Below are positions 39,160 through 51,107 of a stretch of DNA of 64,000 bases, piece after piece. The DNA lies in assembly GCF_001194135.2 (NCBI RefSeq), contig NC_068981.1, forward strand, positions 71,446,360 through 71,510,359, given 5' to 3'. Position 1 is the first letter of the stretch. Every line of letters begins with the position of its first letter. A program made the translations under genes and the position numbers. Origin of the DNA: Octopus bimaculoides (taxonomy: Eukaryota). The notes below the pieces were generated by a model that saw only the letters and a list, made by a program, of their open reading frames with translations, ran no database searches and had not been told where the DNA came from.

Positions 39160-39705
39160 TGAGAGACGATAAGAGGTGTAGGAGGGAGGGGGATGTCATA
39201 ACATAAGAGATGGTTAGGAAAATCTGCAATTTTCAGGATGAAGTTCGTCGTGTGTCGTTAAAGACAATAAGCATACAGTTTGGAGTTGGTGTGGCGACTG
39301 TACACAGAATTATTCATGAAGATTTGAACGGGCGCAAAAATTTGTGCAAAATTTATTCCCAGGGGGATCCATGACGAGCGACCTGGTAACCAAATACTTG
39401 ACAGATACAGACAGGAAAACTGTCCTTCGCCCTCCTTACAGCTCAGACCTTGCTTCCTGTGATTTTTGGTTGTTCCCCAAGCTGAAAAAGAACCTCAGGG
39501 TCAGTCATTTGAAGATGAAGGAAGCTGTGACAAGTGTCCTGAACACGTTTACTTTGGGTGACTTCCACGGGCCTTCACGAAGCGGCTGGGGTGCGACAAC
39601 AAGTGCATTGAAGCCAGAGGATCCTACTTTGAAGGAGATTAGAGTCTTGTATTTTTTGGAAATTAATAAATGTTTCTCCTGAAAAAGTCTGGAATGCGCC
39701 TTATA
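39160..39705 (+). mobile_element. Mariner (irritans-like) internally deleted relic
   Basis: RPPYSSDLASCDFWLFPKLKKNLR. Confidence 0.8.
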
Positions 39706-40945
39706 TATATTATTGTTTGTTGTGATAATGAAAAGCACTTAGTATAATCGATGCAGGTTCGGTCGTTATTATTGGTTTCATTTCGCAGATAGCATTTGAG
39801 CAATAGCGCCCACGCCTTTTTCTAAGATTATTAGTGATGAAAATAAAGCTAATCAGCTCCATAAATCACTACAGCTTTGTCCGATTCAATTCACCGGGAG
39901 TTTATCTTTTCTTCTACGATGCTCACTACTTAAATATGTTGTTAATTCTATGGTGTATAAAACTAAATTAAAATAAAATGCGAAAATATAATCTTTAATC
40001 ATTGGATGTGTTGTCAGTTATGCAATTAAATTCGACGTCTTGGCAGGTGGGGACTCTATTAAACGTCAGGAACACCTTGTAACGTAGTAAAAGGTTTTGC
40101 ATTTTGTTTTTATGAAGTTTTTAGCTGTCATGCCTTGAGAAACAAATTCTTATCGTATCTTTTCGCCCACCATATCAATGATCGCTAAGACGGTGTTATG
40201 ACACACAGAAGTTTAAAATTCCATACAGAGTTACTTTCATATCCAAATATGCCATATTCCACGCACAAAAACATTTTGCTTTGTACTTTTTAGTTTTTTA
40301 GATTTAAGATTTTAATGGAATTTTGTTTGTTTATTTATTTAAAGTTTCAAACCTCTGTATCGTTGTAGTTACACTGTTTCATATTACTTCTTGAACTCCC
40401 CACATCCTCATTACATAAGACATACTCGGAGGAGTGAACGTTTGAATTTTACCGTGATAGTTGTAAAGGATGTGTGGAATAATAACATGATACTAAGTGA
40501 ATGATTAATAACTCCATTACTTTTACATTTCATTCACTATGGCACACAAGGGCAAAATGGTTAAAGAAGTAGTTTACTCAGTAAGGTTACAATTATTGTT
40601 TTCATGATTAATCCTCCAATCACTATCTTAAACCAAGAGGTAAAATTGAAGTTGGCCTTCTTTTGATGCTTGGCACAAGCATCTATCGAGTTCTTAACCA
40701 AAGGAGTGTGTGGAACAAAAAGACACAATTCCTACATAGGTGCTCACATTCCTCAAGCACCAGCATTGCATTCTCTTATTGCCAGATCGGGTACATACTC
40801 TGAGCTCCACATTCGGCCTATGTTTGTAATCATTAAGAGAGTACTTGAGGACTGCTTTAAAGGGGTCCTCTGCGTATATCATGTATTCTCCTTTGAGATT
40901 GCATTATTCTATCGTTTGGATATCTTACAAAGTAGAGATTATAGA

Positions 40946-41765
40946 GATGGGTTTCAATTTTTAATAACTTCCTTGAATTTACAAATAAATGCATGAAATT
41001 TTGATAATTTTTATTAATATACGCAAGTCAAATTTTGTATCACCACTACATCACATATGGAAAATGACATCGCTTAAATGGCAGCCATTTTCGGCTTCGC
41101 ACGCCCTTGCTCTTTCCAAAACTTGCACTATAACACCTTCAAGAGTTCAGACCCTACTTCTCTGATTTCTCTATCGATGTTCTTCAGTTGCACCAGGGTT
41201 TCCGGTTTGTTGGCGTAAACCCTCTCTTTGAGATATCCCCACAAGAAAAAATCCGGACTTGTCAAGTCTGGTGGGGAACGTGAAGGCCAGTTGACATTGC
41301 CATAGCAGGAGATCATTCTCTCTCCAAAGCAGTGCCGTAGAAACTGCATCGCTTCTCTTGCGGCATTAACAGTTGCCCCATCTTGCTGGAACCATGTGTG
41401 AGGTCTACTTTGAATGGCCGAGCGCAAAAAGGTCTCAATCATGGATTCCTGAAAGAGCGGGTTTATGTTAACAAACCGGAGACCCTGGTGCAACTGAAGG
41501 AGAACATCAATAGAAAAATCAGAGAAGTGGGTTCTGAAACTCTTGAGGGTGTTATGATGCAAGTTTTGGAAAGAGTACGGGCGTACGAATCCGAAATGGC
41601 TGCCATTTAAGCGATGTCATTTTCCATATGTGATGTAGTGGTGTTGTAAATATATTAATTTCCATTATGTCCTTTATATTATATAAAAATTTCATGTATT
41701 TATTTGTTAAGTTAAGGAAGTTATCAAAAATTGAAACCCATCAGTGTCTTTTGGGACACCCTTTA
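40946..41765. mobile_element. Foldback Tc3/DD37D-like element: two transposase 3' ends in inverted orientation
   Basis: Minus copy WFQQDGAT...WPSRSPPDLTSPDFFLWGYLKERVY; plus copy FLKERVYVNKPETLVQLKENI ending in ttttgggacaccctttA; arms about 40946-41238 and 41443-41742. Confidence 0.85.
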
Positions 41766-44366
41766 CGTACAGAAAGAACGAGCGTGTGAGACGGGGGAGT
41801 TGTGAACCAAACTGGAAGTTATGTTACAGACGGATAGATCTAAAGAAAATTATCATAGCGGGTAGGATTAAACCTGTAGGACTGACAGTAGTTTCATTTT
41901 AAGGACAAGAGGAAACAAGAATTCATAAATTTTTCTCTCGTTTTGAAACCTCTATACACACCTTCATAATTTACACACTGAATGGATGTAATTATTTACT
42001 GTAACCATCAGGGCGAACATTATCTTAATGTATGAAGTTAATTTCATCTCTCTCGGAGATTTCTATTGGTGGTTTATACATCAGAATCAGATGTTCATTA
42101 GTTAACTTGCCCGACAACATGTCAGAGAGCCACTGGGACGGCACTTAAGAGTATTTTCTGTAGACAGGTTGTTAGTCTATAGCCATTAATATTGTCGACG
42201 ATGACCACTACCTCCAGTTTTCTTGGATTCTGGATCTTACCTTATTTCTCTGTATTCTTCTTTCACTATATCTAACATAAAACTATTCACCCTTGAGTAA
42301 CGCAACAAACTCAAAAGCATCTATTTCTTTTCTCTTCTCTCCGGTCTATCATTACCAAGCCTTATATCTTTACGCCCTCAGATACAATTCCCTTTCTCTC
42401 CCCATTATTCCATTTTACTTTAATCTCTTCATTTGCTTGCTTGCAACCAAGGGAACAACACTTTCTCTGCTTTCTTCACCCTCGGAGAAAAGGTAAAAAT
42501 CCGAAATGTTAGATTCTTTGTACTTTATAGAAAATGAACTTACCTAAGTCTTTTATGAAATCTTCCATTTGCCAAAAAACACCAGATTCTTTATTTCGAC
42601 ATCAGGACAAAATAAGCCACTCAGAATAAAGCAAATCGTTAAAAAATGTAATAAAAACTTGCAGTGGTTCGAACACATGAACCTTATTTCAGTATCAGAT
42701 CCATTTAACCGTTTTATTCTAAAATTTAACCATACTAGTCAAGGTTTGACTAACACTACTGAAATGTAATATGTATCCTATAGTTATCTTTAACTAGTAC
42801 GTTCTATAGTCATTTTAAACTGACCAACCATTTAGTGATGTTCAGCATAATTTTTGCAACGACTGTATTCAATAACTTAGAAGACCAAGACTGACGTTAT
42901 AAATTTTAATGCTTGTAGTGTTCTAAAAATCTATATCCTATCCTTTTAACTATACGTTCTATTCGTTACGTATATATACTAATAAATTATAATATTGCAT
43001 TTCGTGTACACTAAACCACAAAATGGAGATATGTTCTTCATGTACTTCCAAATTCGGATATTTTATCAATACCATTTCCTGCAATAAAATCTCACTTTTT
43101 TTTTTTTTTTTTACTCAATTGCAAATTAAATATAGTTATCAAAGAGACTTTTCTTGTGCACATTTTCAGAATACAACTACATGCACGCATGCGTTTCTTT
43201 GAAACTTTTCACAAATATATAAATTCATTTCTACTTCCTTAAAATCAATAAACCCAACGCAAAAGCAATGCATCCATATTGTGTTTACCAAGTCTGGTAA
43301 AATGTTAACGAATGCTGTAAGATGCTTGGATATCTATTTAAAATCCCTTCTGAATTTAAATGATCGAGTAAATAAGATTGACTGTAGTTTCTGTCATAAT
43401 CTCAATTGGAAGAAAAGCGAGCATTGATAGATTTTCCTGCCTATCTTATTTTGAAACCTGTATTCATTTTTTGATAACTTCCACAGTAAATAGTAAAATT
43501 ATTCACTTTTATCAGCAAACCGTCAGATTCTACTCCTCAATAGCAACACGTAATACACATTTCAAGTTGATGAGTAATTATTCCATGTTATAAGTATGAT
43601 TAATGCCGTAAGCGTTTTTCGAAGAGTTACAGCTGATGTAATTGCTGACAATGATTCAACGGAGTTCATGCCTATCTCGAGGATATTATTGCCGTTGGCT
43701 ATGCTGTTAAGGAGCACAATGGGAACTTGGTTCAATTTAATCCAGTTGCTAAGACACTCAACATTGCATTGAACAATACCAAATACCTTCCCGCCAAATA
43801 TTAGTTTATTGCTTGGGACGCAAAATAGAAAATATGTTCCTGGAATAGATTGAAATCCTCAGTTTACTCGATACCTTGCTACGCTAAACATCTATAACTT
43901 CTAGATTTATCTAGTTACTACTGAAATAGGTGTCTCTTTTCTCGTAACTCTTACTTCATCCTTTTTTTTTTTTTTTCGATACAAAAACGATACCCTTAGA
44001 TGCTATTCGTCTGCCCTTTATTTCAGTAGTTAATACCTTCTTCTCATCTCTATTACCTGAAGTTCCCTACATATTAAAACTAATGCTTCTGAGACTATAA
44101 TTTCAGAGTCCTTTTCTCTGAAATATACGTCACCCTGAACAAAATCGCCCAGCAATTTTTAAAAAAACGCTTGGCCATGCTAGGAAATGGTGAACCTTAT
44201 TGTTTTGAAGCTATTTTACATATTGATCAACAAGTGATCTCATTCAGAAATAGTCACACAAAAAGAATAGAAAAGAAAACAGAGGAAAATCAAGGAATAA
44301 TAAAATTTTCCATTGGTACAGAGAATTTTCACGCTATAACTATAATTCTAATTTCAATTTTTGACA

Positions 44367-44562
44367 CAGGACCAGCAATTTGGTGGGGGCGGTTAAGTCG
44401 ATTGCATCAACCTCAGTACTCAACTGGTACATATTTTATCGACTCCGAAAGGATGAAGGCAAAGTCAACCTCGGTGGAATTTGAACTCAGAACATGAAGA
44501 TGGACGAAATGTCGCTAAGCATTCCGCCTGGTGTGTTAATGGTTCTGCTAACTCGTCGCCTT
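44367..44562 (-). mobile_element. SINE family B
   Basis: similarity to the other family B copies. Confidence 0.85.
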
Positions 44563-44624
44563 CGCTACAATAATAATACTCCATAAACATCTGGCAAAGA
44601 TAACACAGTCACTGGTTTCTGTTA

Positions 44625-45903
44625 TTAGGTTGTTCCGAAAATAAGGGCGTTGTTTTGAAACGCAATTTTATCATAGCATTTTAATTATATTTTAAGTGAA
44701 TTTCGACATACTTAATAATTGCTGTATGCTCTTTAATAATGTTTTTACTTATTTCAGACAGAAAACATTCTTGAAGCATAGGCGCCCTTAATTATGAACA
44801 TGACAAAAAAGAACCTTCACTTACTTTTCTTGTATGAGTTCAAGCTTGGGCACAATGCCTCCCAAACTGCTGCCAATATCAACAGAACATGGGGAGAGGG
44901 GTCCACAAGTGATCACACAGTACGAAGATGGTTTCAGAAATTCTGTAATGGTGATGAGAGCCTTGAAGATGAAGAAGGTAGAGGACGGTCATGCAGTGTT
45001 GACAATGAACAACTGAAAGCAATTGATGAACAAAACCCACATCAAAGTGTCAGAGAAATGTCTCAGGCACTTGGTGTCAGTATTGCAATGGTCTCACACA
45101 ATCTGCAGATGATTGGTAAGGTGAAAAAGCTCGATAAATGGGTACTGCATGAGCTCAATGAAAATCAAAAAGTTTGGCGTTTTGAAGTGTGCTCAATGCT
45201 CTTTCTACGAAACACCAATGATCCTTTTCCTGACCTAATAGTCGCTTGTGACGAAAAGTGGATCCTTTATGATAAACGTAAACGATTAGGTCAACGGCTT
45301 TATTGTGAGGAGTCCCCCAAACATTTCCCAAATCCAAAGTTGCATCAGCAAAAGATTATGGTGACTGTCTGGTGGTCTGCAATTGGTGTTGTCCATTATA
45401 GCTTTCTGGAAGCCAATCAGAGCATTACAGCAGACGTTTACTGCAATCAACTCGCTGAAATGCATGCTCACTTGCAAAAAATGAGACCTGCATTGGTGAA
45501 TCGGCATGGCCCAATTCTGCTCCACGATAAGGCAAAGCCACATGTTGCAAGAATGACGCTGCAGAAACTCAGACTTTGGATACGAGACTTTACCTTTACC
45601 ACATCCTCCATATTCTCCTGGTCTTTCACCCTCTGACTACCATTTTTTTAAGCATTTAAACACGCTTTTAGGTGATAAAACTTTCAAGTCCAAACCAGAG
45701 GTGGAATCAGCTTTCAAAGAATTCGTAGCATCAAAGCCAATAAGTTTTTTTACCGACGAGGAATAAATAATCTCGTTGATCGATGGCAGAGATGCATAGA
45801 TGTTCACGGCTCATACTTTGACTGATCAAAACATTTCTATTGTTAATTTTTCCAGAATAAAATTATGTTTCTGAAATCGGCCATTATTTTCGGAACAACC
45901 TAA
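44625..45903 (+). mobile_element. Full-length cecropia-subfamily (Hsmar1-like) mariner, 1279 bp; 280-aa ORF 44794-45636 followed by two frameshifts
   Basis: TIRs ttaggttgttccgaaaataa with TA flanks (44623-24, 45904-05); KKLDKWVLHEL, ACDEKWILYD and LLHDKAKPH in frame; PHPPYSPGLSPSDYHFF and RWQRCID..GSYFD* in shifted frames. Confidence 0.95.
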
Positions 45904-46264
45904 TACCAGATCCTCTTCTATAACTACTTTTCCTGGAATCGCAAATTTACATGTGCTTAACATCATTGTGACTGACTCGTTCACAATATCTTAACGGATC
46001 TAAGAACTATTTTCTTTCGAAGATATTTTTTTTTAATACTTGTGACAAATGTATTGCACGCTCGGATTGAAATAATGATTCCACCATCCTCCTCGTGACA
46101 AACTTTTGAAGTTAACACAACTATTTGGGTTCCAGTTCAAAATACCTTCACCATCGTCTAACTCTTTCCACTACAAGTTTGTGGTATGGTTGAACACTCA
46201 AAGTTTTCCTCAGCATGTGTGCCGTCTGGTATCAGTTCCTACAGTCATTCTCTATTTTCAAAAC

Positions 46265-46900
46265 ATACGAAATGCGTTCAAAAAGTATCTGATTTTATTT
46301 TTTCCCGCCAAATAATGCCGCGTAACCTTTTGGGTGGGAGGTGACGCCAGTCTTCCTGTGCATGCGTAAATACTTTTGCGCTTGCAGGCCACGTCAGTTC
46401 CTGGCTGTAAAGCTTAGACTATAAACGTGTAATGCGCGCTCGTCGGATTTTTGTTTTCACCGAACACATCGAGCAGAGATATTGCATCAAGTTTTGCAAA
46501 AAGCCTGGTGATACTCAAGTTCAAACCAGCCAGAAGATTCAGCATGTCTTTAGCGATGATGTCATATCGAGAAATGGTATAATCGCTTCAAACATGGCCA
46601 CACCTCACTGGAGAGCGAAGCATGCTCAGGTCGGCCATCCGATTGAGGAGGTTCGGCGAATACTCATGGAAGACTGTAATGTAACAATTCAGGAAATTGC
46701 TCACAATGTGGAAATAAGCACAGAATCAGAGCATTCCATTTTAACGGAGGATTTGTACATGCGGAAAAATGTCAGCGAAATTCGCGTCCAAAGTGCTGGT
46801 GGAGCAACTGAACCAACTCCGCATGGAAATCGTTCAGGACATGCTAAACTGTGCAAACCACGACCCAGTCTTCGTAGAGACCATTATTATTAGTAAAGTA
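46265..46900 (+). mobile_element. Mariner (irritans-like) 5' relic
   Basis: TIR-like tacgaaatgcgttcaaaaagtatc; IEQRYCIKFCKK..; TIQEIAHNVEIS. Confidence 0.75.
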
Positions 46901-47226
46901 ACGTTTACTTCTAACGCACACACTGCTTCTATGACTTCTCACTTGTGCGCTCTGCCTCTTAAACGAACTATTATCTGCAATGTTCGCTTTCTTTCAAACT
47001 CTCTAACTATACCTATCTTTTTTAATCTTGTCTCCTCTCTTTAAAAAGAGACAAAAGTTTGCATTACCCCTAGATTAGAAGCTTCCTTTTCTTTGTAATA
47101 CAAATATGTTATAAAACATGAAAGTACATGTAATACTGTAATATGCAATACTGTAAAAATCCAAAATTAACATGTAAAAATCGAATTATGTTGGAATTTG
47201 ATTGACATCTAGGTCTGTGTGTGTGC

Positions 47227-47259
<33 letters not shown>

Positions 47260-47310
47260 CNNNNNNNNNNNNNNNNNNNNNNNNNNNNNNNNNNNNNNNN
47301 NNNNNNNNNN

Positions 47311-47361
<51 letters not shown>

Positions 47362-47410
47362 TGTGTGTGTGTGTGTGCGCGCGCGCTTGTGTGTATGCGT
47401 GTGTGCGTGT

Positions 47411-48250
47411 ACTCATAATATCTAGTAATTCATAAATTTAGAAATTATTCTAGAAAGAAAATAATTTTTTCCATCCATTTCATCAATCCATCCGTCCATC
47501 CATCCATTCATCCATCCATTCATTCATCCATCCATCCATTCATCTATCCATCCATACTAACATATAAGCATACCTACATACATACATACATACATACATA
47601 CATACATACATACATACATACATACATACATGTTGGAGTGAGAAAGAAACGAGGAAGGTACCAGATAGTCATGCAATGAGCTAGAAACAACAACTAAATC
47701 TCCTTTAAGTCACACACCTTTTCTTTTAAAAATATTTTATATATATATACTGAAAAGGCGTTACCTATGGTTTTTAAGTAGGTAGTGCAAAAGAAATTGG
47801 CCAAAATCGGTTCGGATCGTTGTGGTAAAGGGGGGAATAAAAAAGCTCATAGAATTTCAAAAATTTTTTGTCATAAAAAGCTACACCCCATCATTATTTC
47901 CAAGGGCGTGGTAACAAAAAAAAAAGAATCCGAAAAATCCTCTTCGAAGTGGCGAAAATCCAACTTGGGTGGGCGTCCTCATCCAAAACTCCGCTCATAT
48001 ATGCATGCATATATACACACATACACACACAAACACACACAAACACATATGTGTGTTTGTGTATATGCATGTGTGTGTATGTATGTATGTATGTATGTAT
48101 GCATGTATGTATGTAAGCAGGCAGGCAGGTAGGTAGGTAGGTAGGTAGGTGTATGCATGCAAGGATGGATGGAGGGACGGATGGATAGAAGAATTGTTTT
48201 TTCTTTCGTGAATAATTTCTAAATTTATGAACTACTAGAATTATAAGCAA
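47411..48250. repeat. Inverted repeat whose arms include compound (CATC)n/(TACA)n microsatellites
   Basis: ~60-bp unique arm ends (tctagtaattcataaatttagaaattattc vs gaataatttctaaatttatgaactactaga), each followed inward by mirrored microsatellites. Confidence 0.8.
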
Positions 48251-48344
48251 ATTGACTCCTTGTTTCTTTGGAATTGCTCAAGTGATGTACCTGCTTTTGA
48301 GATCCCAAGCAGGGTCGAAAATCGATTAAAAGTTATTCACCATT

Positions 48345-48449
48345 TTTTTAGACTACGGAGAAATACGTGAATTTTTCGTGTTTGTATGTCTGCTACGTAA
48401 GTTTATACAAACATACATTGTTATATACACATACTCGCATATATATACT

Positions 48450-48491
<42 letters not shown>

Positions 48492-48501
48492 NNNNNNNNN
48501 N

Positions 48502-48544
<43 letters not shown>

Positions 48545-48635
48545 ATTTTTTCAGACTACAAAGAAATACGTAAATTTTTCATGTTTGTATATCTACTACG
48601 TAAGTTTATACATACATACATTGATATACATACCT
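48345..48635. repeat. ~90-bp imperfect tandem duplication (48345-48435 / 48547-48635) separated by (TA)n(GA)n
   Basis: agactac..gaaatacgt.aatttttc.tgtttgtat.tct.ctacgtaagtttatac occurs twice. Confidence 0.8.
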
Positions 48636-48744
48636 ACGTGTGTATATATATATGTGAGTGGATGTCTGAGTGGATATATGCGTGTGTGTGTGTATGTGTG
48701 TGCGCGTGCGCGCGCGTGCGTGTATGTATGTATGTGTGTGTTTC

Positions 48745-50250
48745 TGTGTTATATCTGACGGATGCTTTGAGATGCATCATTAGTCGTGTTTCTGCAGTCA
48801 CAGGAAATTTCAGACCTTTCAACATCAGACCCTCTTGTCCAGTTGACCCAGCTGGAGTTGTTCAAGTCTCAGCTTACGTCCCATTAGTAAACCATTGACC
48901 TGACCTCTTTATCCAAAACCACCTAGTAGTCTTTTCTGAATCTTCAGTAATGAAATTTGTGCCCCCCACCCCTCTTCCCTACACCAGTAACTCCAAGCTC
49001 AGTCAGAGCTTTGCAGAAGGAAAGCCTCACAAAGCTCCGGCAGCCCACTTCAGTTTCTTCGCACTGTACCTACCAACCCTGTTTTTTCTGCACAGCTCTA
49101 TCAGCTCCTAGTATTTAGTAAATTTCCTTTCATGATATTCCTCCATGAAATTCTCACCTATTTGATGGGATTTGAGTAGATTACAATGTTTGAGAGGAGT
49201 ATCTTTTGTACATGATCGGGAAACTTTAATTATTCCATAAGTTCCACAGGTGCGACAAGTTCTGGAAAGTAAGCATAATGGTCGTTGAAGTTTCAGTAAA
49301 CTGGACTTCTCTCCGACTCTGAGAAAAGTGATAGCCTCTTTCCTTGGATGGTATTTACTGGACTAAATGTCTATCGATATCCCCCTCTGCAACCACCTTG
49401 GTACCTGGTCATGTCGTCAGCAGTAGCGACCATCGGTTAAGGCTGTAGGGCAGCTACTGAAAAGATGCTGAAGGAACCTTCTTTCAGTACAAAAGCGACA
49501 AGTTAGTACCTCACACTTTTCTTACTTGTGAAGATTTGTTGGACTTAGTAAAGCCTAGATGAGAAATCTGATGCACTGGATGCCAGCCCGCGATAGATCT
49601 GACCTGCATATTGGCCTACCTTCAGGCTCCTTGTTGGCAGATTCCCACCATCCTGCTAGCCCTTGCTTCCACTAGGCGTGAACGAATTTATTCTTGGAGG
49701 ACCCCTCTACCATAACCGTCCCTCTGCCACCTGCAACTGTTTAGCAGCACTCCACTTCCTACCTGTGCAGACTTCAATGCCATCATCTGCTATTTTGGTG
49801 TCCTTGAAATTTCTGTACTTCATGATTTCTTTCGTTTTTGATACTACAAACCCCTCTGACAGGCCGCTGAACTGTAGTCGTAAGTTGTTGGTTGACCCAT
49901 ACAGAGCCATACTCACCAGACTATACAAAAACTGCTGATTTTTCACTCAAGAGTTACATCCTATAATGATAGGAGCCACAAAGTTCTGAGCAGGATGACA
50001 TACTGGTATACCTAAACCTGGAAGCGACCAGGCAATCTTGTGTTATCAACCTTAATGATTCATCCAGTTCTCAAAGTTTTTGCTGGTTCTGCAGATAGAA
50101 ACTGTCCTTCAGGCTGCTGTCAGAGGGTTTCTCCTAACTCTTGACTGGTTGTTTTGTTAAAGTTAGGTTGGCAGTGTCAAATGCGAAACTTTTCCACCAC
50201 TTCCTTTTTTTTACAGTGCAAGAGGCCTTGACTTTGATGATTTGAAGCTG
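48745..50250 (-). mobile_element. HERO-like RLE non-LTR retrotransposon, 5'-truncated relic
   Basis: TRLPGRF; ALYGSTNNLRLQFSGLSEGFVV..EVCTGRKWSA; CRFC..QHLFSSCPTALTDGRY..RHDQV; LKFPDHV; WFWIKR. Confidence 0.8.
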
Positions 50251-50326
50251 ATCCTATATCCATATATGAGTATGTGTATATAATATTAATGTGCGTTTTA
50301 CACACACACACATACAAACATATATA

Positions 50327-50725
50327 GGCGCAGGCGTGGCTGTGTGGTAAGAGACTTGCTCCCAACCACATGGTTCCGGGTTCAGTACCACAGCATGCCA
50401 CCTTGGGCAAGTGTCTTCTACTACAGCATCGGGTCGACCAAAGTTTTGTGAGTGAATTTGGTAAACGGAAACTGAAAGAAGCCTGTCGTATATGTGTATG
50501 TGTGTGTGTGTGTCTTTGTTCGTCCCTCACCACCACTATCGACTGACAACCGATGCGGTGTGTTTTCGTACCTGTAATTTAGCGGTTCAGCAAAATCCCC
50601 GATAGAATAAGTACTAGGCTTACAAATAATAAGTGCTGGGGTCGATTTCTTCTATTAACAGCCTTTAAGGTAGTGCTCCAGCATGGCTGCAGTCAAATGA
50701 CTGAAACAAATATAAGAATAAAAGG
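50327..50725 (+). mobile_element. SINE family A, full length, ending ~295 bp upstream of the RFC2 ATG
   Basis: ggcgcaggcgtggctgtgtggtaag head through the gaataaaagg tail. Confidence 0.92.
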
Positions 50726-50995
50726 ATATATGAATATGTATGTACATCAAATGACAGTCATTCAAAGGGCAACTACTTAGCCAAAAACAGAAATAAAGAC
50801 CCTCAAAAAATAATAGTCTGCAGTGGTCATAAAAATCATTTAATAATGTAGACAGCATAGAATATGCTCGTGTGTCGTAAAAAGTCAATTTTGCAGTTTT
50901 ATAGCAGACTCTTTCTGCTTGATAAAGGTTAACACCACAAGTTATTCGTCTGTTTTTCATCCGAATTTATTAAGTTATGTCCCTTTGATTTATCT

Positions 50996-51003
50996 TTTCG
51001 CGC
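50996..51003 (+). promoter_or_regulatory. E2F consensus site TTTCGCGC upstream of the RFC2 ATG
   Basis: Exact TTTSSCGC match ending 18 nt before the ATG, in CpG-poor DNA; RFC subunit genes are established E2F targets in animals. Binding is not shown. Confidence 0.6.
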
Positions 51004-51021
51004 GTTAATCAAGTTGTAAAC

Positions 51022-51107
51022 ATGGCGGGCGAAGAAGAAATGATTGTTGACACTCCTGAAAAGAATACAACTCAACCCAAAAAATCTGGTGGTTTCGAAC
51101 TACCATG
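51022..51107 (+). CDS. RFC2: RFC2 coding exon 1 ([29 protein letters not shown])
   Basis: aaacATGG start context; donor TG|GTAAGT; the phase-2 end joins exon 2 to give PWVEKYRP. Confidence 0.93.

Noticed and set aside
43300-43850. Faint Helitron- or LINE-like peptide words on the minus strand (also 800-1260, 40600-40900, 42060-42250)
   Set aside because: Motif matches are too short and broken to support a family call without a profile search.
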